Shown: one piece after another, positions 43,085 to 61,867 of the stretch
Layout of the letters: every line of letters starts with the position of its first letter
Position numbering within the stretch: the first letter of the stretch is position 1
Assembly (NCBI RefSeq): GCF_009914755.1
Contig: NC_060927.1
Direction: 5' to 3' (one strand)
Length of the DNA stretch: 64,000 bases
Origin: the human T2T-CHM13v2.0 reference genome, Homo sapiens
Made by a program: the position numbers and the translations under genes
The notes under the pieces: model-generated
What the model saw: the letters and a program-made list of their open reading frames with translations, nothing else
The model's database searches: none
What the model was told of the DNA's origin: nothing

Positions 43085-45558
43085 AGAACCATTTTCAAAA
43101 AGCTTTTAATGAAAGAAGTGGCCCAATCCTTTAGATTTCCCTAGATCCCAATATGACCACGTGTTAGTTACATCAGTGTATAAAGTCAGGACTGCCTGAC
43201 AGCCTTTAGAACTTTTACTGAGTCCACCCATATCCTGTTTTTGTTTCTGTTTTAAATTTAGGACCCCCAAATGCCCTCATTGCCAACGGTTCTGCCTAGT
43301 AGAAGACATTTTCTTCCTAGTAGGGAACGTGGTTTGGGAGAGCACTTCTCAATATCTTAAGGATGTTTTCAGGAAGAGCTTCCTACAAGAGAAATGTTGA
43401 GACCAAGCAACTGTTAAATGATAGATCACCTGTAAATCAAGAAGAAACCACACTCCCACTCTGGAATGAATGTTAATGAATCTCACATTCTCCTCTGCTT
43501 ATTTCCATCCTTGGATAAATGAACATTTTAAAGTACTTTTAAGCGGCATGGAGTATATATTCCAAATGAATGTAGACAGAGCTTTGAGAGATACACATCT
43601 AAGCAAAGAAATGCTGATAAGCCTTCTTCTTACATCAAATCTCCTGGAATTCTTTCAGAGAGAAACAAGCTAGATCTTAATGAGAGGCTCTGGTCCCAGT
43701 TATCAAGGTCAATCAATACAGTACAAACTGTATCCCGTATGGCTTTTATGGTGGAAATAAAAACAGCCAAATTTCTACCAATGAAAAGAAGAGAAATTTT
43801 ATAATGTTCTGACACTCTGCACTTATATATATCCATGAAACCTCCACCTCACCCCACTTTGAAATACCTAATCCAGCAAATGGCAAAGGTTTCATTCCCA
43901 ATTTCAACTGAGTCACTAGTAGTGACTACCTGAACACTAAACTGAGAAAGATTCCGAGACATAACCCAGGATCAAGAACAAGTGCCAGACCAAATCTGCC
44001 CAAGACTGCAGTGGGCAGAGGAAACCCATTTACTATCCCTGACATAATTAATCACTGAAAACCTTTAAAAGCTGTAACAAACATTTTGAAATTTAGGTAA
44101 CTATGCATACCCTAGTTTAAGAAACACCACTGTAATGAAAAATACAACAAAAAGTTTTTTCTAAAACAGTTACCTAGATTTTCTAACCTTGATCCCTATG
44201 CAAAAAACAAGCAATTGGAAAGCTATGCAGCCCGACCTCATTAAAGCTGCTCCATGCAGAAAGGCCTCCATTGTCATAATACTGTGCCTTCAGTTTTATA
44301 AAGGAGCCATAGAAGATAATCATTTTAATAATGTTTTGGTACCTTTCCAAAACCACTATAGAAGACATTGTTCATTAAGTTACTCAGTGTCCCTTAAATA
44401 AGGATCCACTTGATAAAGTATTTCCAAGATCCAGTGCCAGGAAAGTTTCTTTTCAGAAGGACTTGCATGCTGCTTCTCGTCAGACAATGAAAGCTATGTG
44501 ACCTCAGATGCTTCCCCTGACACCTGGAAACCCACAACTAAGTTCAGTGCTCAGTTGCTGTAACTAACTCTAAGGTACTTGCTCATCCACCTTTTCCTCC
44601 TTTTAAATGGTTTCTGGTCCTTTAAAAGTGTGTTACTTGTTTTATATGCATTTTAAGAAAACCGTATTAAATACAGAAAATATATTATATGCACTTTAAC
44701 AATGGAAGTTCACACAAAGTTCTGGAGCAAAGTGGGGTAAAAAATATGTTCCAACAAAGCATCTTCTTGATACTGAAACAAAAGATCCATGAAAACCAGC
44801 AGATCCACAACTATTAAACTATGTGGCAATTCTTCAGCACAAGTTTACTCAGGGACTTCTGCTACTCAGATGTTAAGATTGTCCAATAAGCCTTCTAAGA
44901 GCAGCCGGCAGAAAAAATTGGGACTAGGGGTTAACAAACGTGGCACAGAATTGGGCAACAGGAGAAAAACCCAGTTATTTTCTTTTTCCCAACCAATACA
45001 GATAACTAATTATGGGATATCCCTCGGGAAGCTCAGGAACAGAAATACCACCACATAGACATGCTAACACATAAACCCTTCAGACCCAGAGGGGTTAGGC
45101 GATATGTTCAAGGTTGTGCACCTATTAACAGACAAAGCCTGCTCTGTACAAAGCTCTGTTGCCTCCTCAATTCCAGCAGACAGTTACAAGTACAAGCTCT
45201 CAAGTTAAACTGCCTGTGTTCTTATCATGGATCTACCATGTACTAATTCAGGACCCTGGGCAAGTTACTCAAGCTTTCTGTACCTTTGTTGCCTCAGGTA
45301 TAAAAAGGAGATAAAAATAGTACCTACTTCACAGGACTCTTTAGAGGAATAAATCAACTATTGTACAGCACAGATAAAAGTATCTGGTTGTAATAAAAAC
45401 TCTAAAAGTCAGCTATTACTATTTCCATTACTACTACTACTACAATTCCAAAATTTACCTCAGACAATTCCAAAATCCAAATTCTTTAAGCAAAAATCAA
45501 AAAATTTTCTTCAAAGTACCCCCTTTTATGATGGCCATACTTTAAACAGGAGTCAAAC

Positions 45559-45657
45559 CTTTCATCTTTCTCCTTCCGAGACATCTTTCTATTATCAGCT
45601 TCAGAAAGTTTTCGAGTCACTTCTTTGGAAACAGCATCCTCCCTCTTCTGTGCTACT
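45559..45657 (-). CDS. SSR3: SSR3 exon 3 (99 nt): [34 protein letters not shown]
   Basis: ttccag|AGTAGCA...GAAAG|gtttga. Confidence 0.95.
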
Positions 45658-47973
45658 CTGGAAGAAAAAGAAAAAAAGAAAAAGTTTCCATATGCTACAG
45701 AGGTGAACATCACACTCTCTCAGAAACACACCGTACTCATATTTCGTACTGGCAACAGAATGATATTTCACATTTCAAGAAAAGAAGCTGAGCAGAAAGT
45801 TCCAAGTTTATTACACTGCACTAGCCAAAAGAGAAGTTCGAGAAATGTCCAAGATGTGGTTTATTAGTGACGTGTTTTGATTTCCCCTTAAAAAGAAGAA
45901 TTTTCCACAGTTTAGGAATTAATGTGGTTAATAAAGTCAAATGCTATTAACACAATTTAGTTAAGAATCATTTTAACTACATTTTGTTTTAACCTATCAT
46001 CTAACTGTTCAACTAATAAATTTCATAAGGCATTAGTAAATGATGTATTATTTCAATTCCAAGTACATAACAGGAGCGAAAACTAGGCTTAAACGAAGTG
46101 GAAATAACAGCTGTAATATCTTAAAGTAATTATTTTAACTTTACTCCAAAGGACAATTTAAGCTGGGTGTGATGGACAGAAAGCCCCAGGTCATTCAAGG
46201 CAGGAGTTTTCAATCTTGATCTTCAACTACAAGGGTGTCTGGGATACAAGTTAAGCACAAACTGCAACTGATTTTACCTATTTTTTTACCTGTCTCCATC
46301 TTTAGCTCTCTCACTCAAGAACTGAGTTAGAATTGACATTGTTATTAATAAAAAGAAAACGTTTAGTCAGTTTCAAATAATGTATTTTTTAAAAGGTTTA
46401 CAAAGTTACTTTTTAAACCTTGTTACCCCACACAAATTGGTAACTGGAAAGAGGAAAAAATAGTTCTAAAAAAAAACAAAACAAAACACACACAATTAAG
46501 AGGAAATCAATTCTGAAACCTAAAGTAAAAGGCTGCTAAGGGGGCAGAGAGCTGTCTTTTTAAGAGACACTTTAGGACACTAAAATGAACTTTTTACTCC
46601 GAAGATCCAACTTCATTTGATTCATTTCATTATATAAAAACTATCTTTTTTCATATGCTTCTTGCACTTCGGATACACTCAGCTCCAAAGGCAGAGATTC
46701 TTCTCTCTGAACCTCTTTAGCAGACCAGGCACTAAATATGTTTCTTCATGAGAACAGATTGTGAGAACAGGAAAAATAAGAAAAATTAAAAATAAATAAA
46801 TGTGTTTCTTGAACTTAACATCAGACAACTTTTTTTTCCACAAAAGACCAACTGAAAAGAAATGGACACAGTTTACTGCAGAAACCTTTCTTAGCTTAAT
46901 ATAAAAAATATATACACACACCCCAACTATCAAGGTGTTAGCACACAGGAATAAACTACTGCATTTTCAAAAGAGTTGGTTGTCACTATGTGTCTTTAGG
47001 ACGAACAGTCAACCGATTGTCCACATGATAAATCCTCATGAAGACATTACACCAGATAACTAAGCAATTTCTCTTCTAGGTCTAGAATTTTATCCTCACC
47101 TACCAGGGGCATAACAACCACACTGCAGGTTTACTGCAACTCAAGAGGAGGAAGCCCTCCCCTCTGTCTTAGAGCTCTCAGAAAATAAACCTCACTCAGT
47201 GCTGAACACTCTAAAACAAAATAGAGGTCACGCTAGTGACCTAGCACTTAGTCAACTAAGATAACCCATAAAATCAATTGTATTTTTCTTCCTTTACTCT
47301 TTCACATCAGTATGTCACAACACTTCCAAAATTAAAAATAAAAAAAGACACTACCTGATTTCTTAAAATAAAAACATCTTTGCAAACATGGTTTAAATTA
47401 TGCCACGTTAAAAAACAAAAACAACTTCTAAGGGCTCTCTTAGCCCCAACCTCTTCAACCCTGCACATAAACATTTATTATGTGCCAGACTCTATGCTTA
47501 ACATGTATGATCATAATGAATCCTCACCACCCTCTGAAATTCCACTAGCATCCCCAGTTTATAGCTGAGGAATCTGAAGTCTACATAGGTAAAATTATGC
47601 CCACGGCCACACATTTAAGAGTGGCAGAGCTGGCACTGGAACCCAGACTGTCAACGCTGAAGCCATCTTCCTTCTACTGCCAACAGCTACCCACACTCAG
47701 CATCTTGCTGGATCTTTGAACCTTAACCATCTTGCAAATCTGTAGGCATTTCAAAGTCAGTAGCATATTTAATATAAAGCCAAAACTATGACTTAAAAAA
47801 AAAACCTCCATTCTGAGTCTATTAAGTCAGTAAGTCATTGAAATTTTACTGAACTAAATGTACCATTAACTGTTTTAAGGAGTATAAAATATGGCGGGTG
47901 TCTTCAAGAAGCCTAAAGTAGAAAGGAAAAGGTAAAAAGAACATGACTTTGATTCTAAAGAGATGAATGAAAA

Positions 47974-48390
47974 ATGTTATGAAGAATAAGTAAAGAATGA
48001 CGAGTCTCAAAGGGACTGAGTTCCAAGAGTATTACAAAGGATGGGTCATACCAGATGCCCACTTGTGAGGGCTTCCCGATACACAGATGGCCATGCCTCA
48101 CAGGAAACAGTCCCATACAGTGGAGGCCCACATGAGCTGAATCCTGGAATAGCAGCTGGTTGAGGGGCTGCCAAGCAGAAAGATAACAAAGATAACCCAA
48201 TTTATCTGCTGGTCCATCAGAACAGCAGCCACGAAAACCTGAGCTCGTTTGTGTCCAGAACAGTAGGGAGGAAACTGCTAAGGCCACTTCAGTCACTGAG
48301 GCCATTTTGGGACATTTCTTAAAATAAACCCCTGTTAACTGAGATCATCTCAACATGTTTCTATTCCTCATTCCCCGAAAGAGTCTAACA
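47974..48390 (+). mobile_element. Possible old ERVL-class solo LTR
   Basis: TG...CA-bounded segment of about 415 bp with aataaacccctgtt near the 3' end; family not identified. Confidence 0.35.
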
Positions 48391-48632
48391 CAGGGACAAT
48401 AAAGCAAAGAAATGATCAAAATCAGGAAGGATTTCTCTGGAAAAGATTCCTAGGTCTAGAAATAAAACACAGGTAAGAATGGAAAGGAAGTAAGTTAATC
48501 CTAAATAGGGTAGGGCACAAGACATATTCAAAGGATGATGTGAGGGCTGAGTCAGAAGGGTTAAAGCCTAATTCTGAAAGATGAGGCCAGACTCATAGGA
48601 AGGAAGCAGATGACTTGCATTCCAGGGGTCTA

Positions 48633-49016
<384 letters not shown>

Positions 49017-49723
49017 TCACATAAGGAGAAATACATACTCTTCATTGGATAAAACAAGGAAAATACCTGCACCTCATATGGATGCTATAAGGATTACATA
49101 GGGCAATGTGCTTCATACAGTGCATGGCAGGGCGGGCCCTAAACTTGTTTTAAAAGACCAGATGGAGGTTGTTACAGCAATACAAGTAAAAACAGCATCC
49201 AAACTAGAGTGAGAACTATGGATGAAAAGATAATGCACATACAAAGTATGTTCGTACTAAGTCTCAGTGAAATTCCAATTGCCTTTTAAGAAATTACTTT
49301 CAAAGCAATACAGCACCTAGATGACCCCATCAAGGAAGGAGGGAAATAATCCTGCTATCCCTACCCAAGTATCACAGTGTACATGAAAGCAACATCAAAG
49401 GGCGTCAATTAAACAATTTATACCACTTCCAATGAGACAATGAGGACCATGACGCTGAGAAATAATAAATGTTACCATCTTTCCTAAGTCTACGTGATCC
49501 TGCATTTTAACCTCTATGAAACTAGAATATTTAATTGCTTATAATTAAGGTATAAGTTTATTGTGGTGAGGCTTGAGTTTTCTTCTCTAAAAGCTGTATT
49601 TTACAGTATGTGTGATCTTAGACTATGTTAATCCTTTACATTTTATACACTTGTATGAAAACAAACGTAATTAGCATTGAAAATGACAGAGAGTTAAAAA
49701 AAAAAAAAAGCAATAAAATAAAA

Positions 49724-49916
49724 AGACCAGCCTGGTCAACATGGCCTGTCTCTACAAAAAAATTAGCTGGGCATGGTAGCCTGCACCTGTAGGCCCAGCT
49801 ACTTGGGAGGCTGAGGTGGGAGGATCCCTTGAGCCTGGGAAGGTTGAGGCTGCAGTGAACCATAATCATGCCACTGCACTGCAGACTGGGCAAGAACTAG
49901 ACCTTGTCTCAAAAAA
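49724..49916 (+). mobile_element. 5'-truncated AluJ-like
   Basis: agaccagcctggtcaacatgg...gaggctgcagtga...ttgtctcaaaaaa. Confidence 0.85.
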
Positions 49917-50308
49917 TAATAATGACAAAAAGATCATTTCTTTAACTTCCAAAAATAGTACGTGAAGAGCCCAGAACAATTCTCTCCATAAGGAATTACA
50001 TTTAGCTTCTGAAATGTTAACTTACTTGGTGGGTTTGTTTCTCTGATGAACCTCATATTAAGGCCTGTGTTTAAGTGTTCTAATTCCACCCTCAAAATCT
50101 GCTTCTGTAGCCGTGTCAGAATGATCATTGTCTCTACTTCAGTTAGTTAATAATTCTTCCTAGCATCAATGTTCCTTTCCCCCAAAATGTTTATTAATAT
50201 ATATATCTCAAATTAATGCTTATTAAAACCAACACACACAAATGATCTTTAAGAAGACATATAAAAATATAACATGTAGTACGTACTTTCACTTGAAAAA
50301 CATACTTA

Positions 50309-50542
<234 letters not shown>

Positions 50543-51319
50543 TTATTAGTTATGCAATCCAATAGTATCTGAGGATCTTCAGAAGCGAGATAACCAGTAA
50601 CAGTATAGTCTCAAGCTTTCCAGTTCAGAACATTTGAAAAACATCACCTTCCTATTACTAGTCCAGATGAGATTTCAACTTCTAAAATGAGAACAAACTC
50701 TGGCTCAACGTAATCACAAGTCAGACTTCAAATTTCATTCATCAGGGTACTAGCATGCGAAACACAGGCCATTCCAAAATGCCACGTGCAGCCCCAAACC
50801 ATAGTTTCCTTGCTGACGTGGCTGTTATCAGAACTCCAAGCAGTGCTATGTCCAATTAGTGAGCCATCATATGGCTTCACATCACGTTAATGGCACGCTG
50901 GGTTGTATAAGGACAAAAGAGAAAAATACATTTAGTTTTAAATGCCCAACAACAGTGCAGCAAAAGACAGGAGTTCTGGAAACTTGAGCTCTACTAAAAA
51001 CGACCTTGTCCAAGTCTGCAGTTTCCCAACCAAGTGAGAATTCTAGAATTGGTCCAGTAGGATTATTAAAAAGTATAAATAAGGTAGATCCCTAACCCCT
51101 GGCACTTCAACCTCTCTCTTTTTGCAAAAACCAGGAAAATTATGCAATGGTGTGAAGTAGCTCACGTAAAGATGCACTTATAATTCAGTGGGTCACTTCA
51201 TGGGTTTCTCACCTAACTAATTTATGCAAAATAAGTAATAAGTTTAAAATTTCGTAACGGCAAGCAACAGTTGTATAGAAAAGGGCAGAGGCAGTATGCT
51301 TGAGTTTGTCTGTTTAAAT

Positions 51320-52000
<681 letters not shown>

Positions 52001-53362
52001 GGAGAGAGAAGGGATTTGTAGTTTAGTCGGTGCTTTAAAAAAAAATTAACAAAACTTTATTGATATTCCACTTCAGAGCTGCTGACAGACTCACGAGTTC
52101 TCAGTTCTTCAGAATTCCAAAATTAAAAGCTCTTCTGGCCCCACGCCATTAGTGCCCTCTGTGCGTACCCAGGACTGAGTACGTTGAAGAAGAAAGAAGA
52201 GAAAGGTATAGCTAACTCATGTAAAATCCCTTCTCCTTTACACATCCTTTATTTCATTAAATACCTTGAAGAATCTTATGACGTGCGCATCATTACCGCC
52301 ATTGCAGCTGAAGAGCCTGAGGGTCGTAGACCTGCGGTGTGGGTCTCCAAGGCGTGGGCTCTTTTCACTAAACAATAGGCCACCTCTGTAGGAAGAAGAA
52401 AATGGGACTCTTGCTTTTAAGAAACTCATGATCTCATTGATGAAGGCAATATTTAATATATGTCTGATACAAGTTACTACTATTTTATTTTATTTCAACT
52501 AGACCTATAGAGTTTTGTGGCTTCCAAAGCCATGCTAAATAAAACATAATACTAAGAACAGGTTGGCTAGGCAAGACTCCCTCTCTGAAGCTCGGAAGGA
52601 TTAAGTATGTCTATTAAAACAGCTAGATTCCATTTTTAACTCAACACATTATCATTTTTTCTTCAAAAAAAAATTCAACCACATCACTCCCAGCAAATGC
52701 TACTTTTGATTACTGAGAACACTCTAGTGCATTAGGCACAATTTCCTCAACCTCCAGCCTCCTTATTAACCGTTTGGTAGATATCTTTCTTCCTCACAGT
52801 ATCCAAATTGTAATCTACCTCCACAGCTTCCTATTACTAGTCCTAATTGGGCTTTTGTCTTCAATCTTTTCCAGTCTATTCTCTATACAGGTACCAGAGT
52901 GAGTTTTCCTGAAATATAAATCCTTCCATTATCTACCGCAAGTGTTCCTTAATGCCAGAAGTTTTCATTAATTCACCACAAAATGAAAAAGAAAAAAAGA
53001 CCATCTAGTGAATTTTTCAGAAAATCAAAAGTATTCATTTAAAAATATCTGGGTTTATGTCTTTTTTGATGTTAAAAATGCTCTTTATTTTATTACATGG
53101 TAGTGATAGAAGAAGAAATTATTATTTTCTCTTACACATACTCCTCCCCCAGTTTTTCCTATCTCACTAAGTTGCATTCTTTTAAACTCATTTGTTGTTC
53201 TGGTTAAAATGGTGGGTTTCAACACTAATTATTTTTTTCCTTCTCCATCTATGACCAATTCATAAATAAAACTTTTTGGATCTGTCTCTATAACTAGATT
53301 TTCTTCTGCCTATTTATAAACAAACTAAGGATATAAAAAGAAGATAAAAGATAAAAATCAGA

Positions 53363-53678
<316 letters not shown>

Positions 53679-54132
53679 CTAAAAGATCCAAAGAGACAAC
53701 AATCATCTTTCTTTTAAAAGAAGAAAAGAAGAAATGATAAGGATGAGATTTAAAAAAATTATGCCTGAGAAAAATATTTTAACAATTAAAATAGGAAAGA
53801 TAAAAGTTTGAAATGTTTAGTGGATATAAATGTTACAATTGATATAATCAAAAAAAGCTAGCAGAAAAAAATTAATACATTTTGTAAAGCTAAAGGTAAC
53901 TATAAACAGAAGATAATCTAAAATATGAATTTCAAATTATTTTGTGGGGGTAAATTAGAGAAATATGATAGGGAATGATACTTATGATAGAATATTTTTG
54001 GTAATGGCAACAATTACAATTATGAAGGTGGCACACTTGGAGTACTGAAGCAGTGTTTTCTTGCACCAGAGCTACCTAGTTCCCTTTAAAAAGCAAGCAG
54101 CAAGACCTAAGGATCACTTGTATGTGGCATAT

Positions 54133-54162
54133 ATAGCCGTGGCACACATAGCCGTGGCACAC
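54133..54162. repeat. Perfect 15-bp tandem duplication
   Basis: atagccgtggcacac x2, preceded by a partial degenerate copy. Confidence 0.9.
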
Positions 54163-55375
54163 TGGACAACCAGGGTACACAATGTGCTAAAAAACAGAAG
54201 GAGAGGTGGGTAGTAAATTCTACCCAAGCAAAGATCTACAATATATTTTGCCCATTTCAACATAGCTTAACTCTGAAGGAACCAAATGGACTTGATTCCA
54301 TAGCAGTCTGAGTCTATTCTATGAATTTCAGGCTTTCTTGTATATTTTCTATTATATCACTTGATTCTTTTCAGATTGGAGGAAAAACCCCAAGCAATAA
54401 TATTTTTTGCTGTCAGGTATATGGATAAGAGATTACTGATGACTTTGTGAAAGAAAATCTGGTATGCTAAAAATTAACATATTTTTCTGTGTCAGACACT
54501 GCAAGTTGCCTAGCCAATATAGAAAGCCACTGCTAGCTTTTCACTGGGACCTTTAAAGAATAACAAATGGATCATCCAGGGCTACTGTGGGGAGGAAAAA
54601 AGAAAAGCTCCTCTGTTTTAAAGCCTACTTGAAATGCAAATCTCATGATGGGAATAATTTTAAAAGAGGTGGAACACTTATATTAGTCCCTAAGTATAAT
54701 GTTTTAAAGTATCACCTGAAAAATTATTTACTCAGCCAAACTACATATTTCACCCACTGATATTTGACTAATTCATTAGTTCATGTACTCATTCAGCAAA
54801 TATTTATTGAGAAGCTACTACATGAAAAGTACTGTGCAAAACCTGTGAAAGTATCCAAATAATAATCATGATTATTTTGATTATAATAACTAACATGAAT
54901 TGAGTCCTTGTTGTATGTCTACCTCTGTGCTTTGTCCTTCACACGTATTGTCTGATTCATCCCTACAGCAACCCTAGGAGGTATATGTTTCTGTTATCCC
55001 CTTTGTCAGATGAAGAAATTGAGACTCAGATTAGTGAAATAACTCATTTAGATTCCACAACCAGTAAATGGTGGAGTCAAGTTATGAACCCAAGCAATAT
55101 GATTCCAGGATGTATGCTCTTAACTACAAATGAATTCTGGTCTCCTCCATGCAGTGGAATCTCTGATTCTGCATGACTGCTCACAAAAGCCCTACACTGA
55201 GCAAGCAGCCAAAAGTAGTTTCTTATCTACCAATTATCAGGCACAGTCCTGTCACACTGCAGCTCTCCCTAGTGTATTTTTGGACAGAGAGGATAATAGG
55301 CAAACCTTGGTGAGCAGGCCTTGGCTCTCCATACCTGATTCTCTGTCTCAGGGAGTTTGAAAATGAAACCCCAGA

Positions 55376-55406
<31 letters not shown>

Positions 55407-55408
55407 CA
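55376..55408 (+). repeat. (AAAAC)n pentanucleotide microsatellite
   Basis: Read directly. Confidence 0.9.
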
Positions 55409-56959
55409 GTTAATAGATGTATACAGAACAAGGGAAGCAAACTGAGAAGAGGTGGAAAGCACAAATCATAACTCCCCAGCAGCTGTAAATTAGAAAAGGG
55501 ATAATTAGAGAGATGCTCCAAGTGCCTTAGGGCTTCCCTATTTCTCTCTGTAGACCTGATAGAAACCCCCATTACCTACAATAAAGCTAAAATACTTGTT
55601 CAAAAAATAAAAGTTAAACAGATCTGGAGTCTTGTAAATAAATAATATAAACAACTTCTGCATATAAATGAACATCTAGATGAATAACTGTACTCAATTT
55701 GTTAATTTATGTATCACTCCACCCAAAAGGTTTAAGGCAAAGGTAACAAGATCAAAATGTCTATAAGATTCAAGTAAATAACTTCAGGGAGTGAATTGTG
55801 CCAGGCATAGGACATGAGGTAGTGGTAGGCTCAATACAACTGGAAAGCTCACCTTTCCAAAAGCACTCAAACTGAAATAGATTAAACAGAAAGAAAACTA
55901 GAATCAACAGCAAATATTCTGTAGGCCAAACTCAACAGATTTGGGGTTTAATCTGCCCCATAAATTCCCAGGTTTAAGGAGACAGACTCAAATGCAAATA
56001 ATATAAAAAAAGTGAAGTGTAATTTAAAAAAATAAAATCTTACCATTTCAGAAGAAACTGTGTTTTTTGGAGAGAATGCTGGAAGTTGGCCCTTATAGTT
56101 GGTTAGGCCTCCTCCCCCAACCACCCATTCCCCTACACACATATGCTACTGTTGACAGGAGACATTTGCCAGCTGCGATTTTTTTTTAATAAAGATAAGG
56201 TTTCAAGAATTCTAAATGTGTACTTTACTATGGAATTGATTTTTAAACTGAATGAGGCATTAAAACACTTGGGGAACAAGCATTTGTCTTTGAGCTTGAA
56301 GCTTATACTTTTCAAGATAGATATTGTTTTCCTTTTTAGGAAACACTGATGTGACCAATGTAAATTGGGGATTGCTTCTGAAGCAGTCAGAAAAACCTGT
56401 TCCCTTTGTGCCTAAGGATATTCATAAAGTCACTTACTTCTTTAAGAAAATGATACACATCTACAGAAAATATATTATTTTAATAACCACTGATAGAGGC
56501 CATAATACTTTAAATCTCAAAACTCCCCCCAGAATCTTCTAAATGTGAGACTTATCACACATGCATCATTCATGCAGCACTTCAGGGCACAATAAAAATT
56601 AAGATTTACACTGGAAATCAATTTTCTTTCGTTACACATTTAACCCAGGCACTATGGCAACGGAATGTGAGACAAAGTAGGTCACGAATTTCAACTGGAA
56701 TGGCTTAGGTGATACAGAAGCCAGGTGTAATTTGTTGCTCATCTTTTAGGACTCTTTCTTTTAAAATTCTTCTGTTTCACAGCCCCTAGTCAATGTTGTC
56801 TAACAACTTACTAGATGAAATCATGAGACCAAATGCTAGGGTGAGATTTATTCAATCTCATTGTTTATTTCACTTGGTTTACTAATTGACTAGTAAGATC
56901 CATTTCCATACTCACAAATAAATAAAGAAAGCAATTCCAGGAAAAAGGAACAATGCATG

Positions 56960-59523
<2,564 letters not shown>

Positions 59524-61551
59524 GCATGCAAGTTCACAGTCATAAAAGGGCCCAGTATTACAATTTTCAAATCATTCTATGAAGTATTTAGGGGAATGAT
59601 CAAAACCAGACACAATAAGGGAATAAAAAAAGAGGAGTATGTGCTTCTGTCACCATGGGATCAATGGAATCATCAACATCTCATAGAAACCTAGCCGGAC
59701 ACCTATGCCAGCTGTCTAGTCTGTGTTTTTATTTAAGAAATAAAATGAAATTCCATTCTAATCCCTTTACAGCATTTCCTAATTCCACCTTCCTCTGCCT
59801 CTGTCTCAAGAACCCAAATTTTTTATTCCAACTCCAACCACCTCCCTCTAGGACCTTTCTGTACTAAAATCCTTTTCTCCATGCATACAGCTTATAGATC
59901 TTTAGAATCAGAAAGACCTGTCTGTTTAATCTGTCACAACAATAGCTGTGTGCTCAGGCAAATTGCTTACCTTCTCTGAGCTTCGCTTCTCTCACAAGGT
60001 TCAAAAGGTTGCTGTAAGCATTACATGAAACAAATAATGTGAAGCCCTAGCACCGTGACTGGTACAGGGTAAATTGTCTTCTTTTTTTCTCCTGATGTGT
60101 TGCCTCCTGCTGAACTGTTAAGCCTACACAACTTTCTCATTTTCTCCACAAACACATTTCCTACACATGCACAGATGCATGCACACACTTCCCCTCAGCT
60201 CTATTGCATACCTAAAGTTTCCACCTGCTTTTGGCTAACAAAGAAAAAAAGAGTTTGTTCAGACTCACTTCCCAATCATTCCTTATCATATTGCAACCTG
60301 AATTCCACTCCTGCCCTCTCTTCTGAATCTGCTCCAGAAATGATCTACTAAATCACCAAATCCAACCTTCTTTCCTTCATTTTTAACCACTTTACCTGCC
60401 TTCAGCATTTAGCACCATTGAATATTTCATCCTCTCAAAAGTTTCTGTTCTCTCATCTCCAATGAAACTGGAGGAACCCCTGGTTCTTTTCCTACCTCTC
60501 TGACAGCTCCTTCTCTGGCCCCTGCTTTGACTCCACTGCGCCTCTCTGATTCTTGGGGTGGGTCTGCCCACTTATACAAATATGAAATGGTCAGGGGTAA
60601 AACTCTGGTGGCTCCAGTCAATAAGTAGTACCACACTGGAAATAATTTTGGCAAAATGGGGATAACTTATTCAGATAGCCTTAAACACTATGTTGCTTCC
60701 TAACTAACCAAAACTGAGATAATCTTTAAACTGCTTCACACCCTAGCCACACAGAACAAAGTTAAAGGAAGCAGGAAAATGTATACAGAGCTTTACAACA
60801 AGCACATTAGGCAATATGTTTCCTTGTCTTCTTTTACTACAATAAATGTGTACAGTAGCTCATAGAAGCAGAAATATCTAAAACCACACACTGCTGAATA
60901 TCATATATTTAAAGTCTGAGCTCCAATCAATTGCATATAAGTTCAGCTTTTTCTATAATTACTTTTAAAATCCGTGATCCAAAGAAGGCTTCATTTTATT
61001 GTACATCACCTAGGAATGTTACAAAGAGGAGCACCAAGAAATGATGCAGAATCAGATAATTAACAAAGAAAAGGAACTGAGACTTTTGCCTTAGCCACCC
61101 TTTGCAAGGGTTTCACCAACTCTCAACTAAGAAGGTATTGGAGTTATTAATAATACAAAAATCATAGTGCATATTATCACAGTTTGTCATATACATAGTG
61201 ATTAACAGCATAAGCACTTGAGTAAGAATGCCTTAATTCAAATTCCCTTTCTATGACTTACTGATTGCATGAAGTTGGGAAAGTTATTTTATTTTTCTAA
61301 GACCAAATTTTGCTAATATATAAATTAGGAGAATAATTATACCTATTTCACAGGGATTTTGTAAAGATGTGTGCATATTCTTATGTACACAAAGTACTTA
61401 TTACAGTTCAAGACACATGGTTTGCATTCAAATCATCATATAAATATTTTTTCTTTTGCTACATTCCCAGATTTAGCTTCTCCCTTTCTGAGAAATTATT
61501 TAATTTGTCATGATTAATTATTTTAATTTGTATTATTAATTATCTATAGAT

Positions 61552-61555
61552 GTGT

Positions 61556-61595
<40 letters not shown>
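61552..61595 (+). repeat. (TG)n microsatellite, one interruption
   Basis: Read directly. Confidence 0.95.
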
Positions 61596-61600
<5 letters not shown>

Positions 61601-61867
61601 AACTGGGAGATAAAGCAAGGGAAACTTGTTTCAAGAAGACAGTCATTCCTGGTAAAATTTTAAAAGGTCTCAGTCTCTGCACAGCACAAAAGGTAATCCC
61701 TTCCCTAAAGGGGATCCCTGAGATCCCTGAAGACAGAGGGTATTTCAGCTCCTGACCCAAGGAGCAGATGAAAGGTGTCCAAATCCTATATCAAAAGGGT
61801 AGCAGGGAGGAACAATTACCTTCTCAAACTCATTCCCCACCAGTGTAACATTTTACTGTTTTATTAT

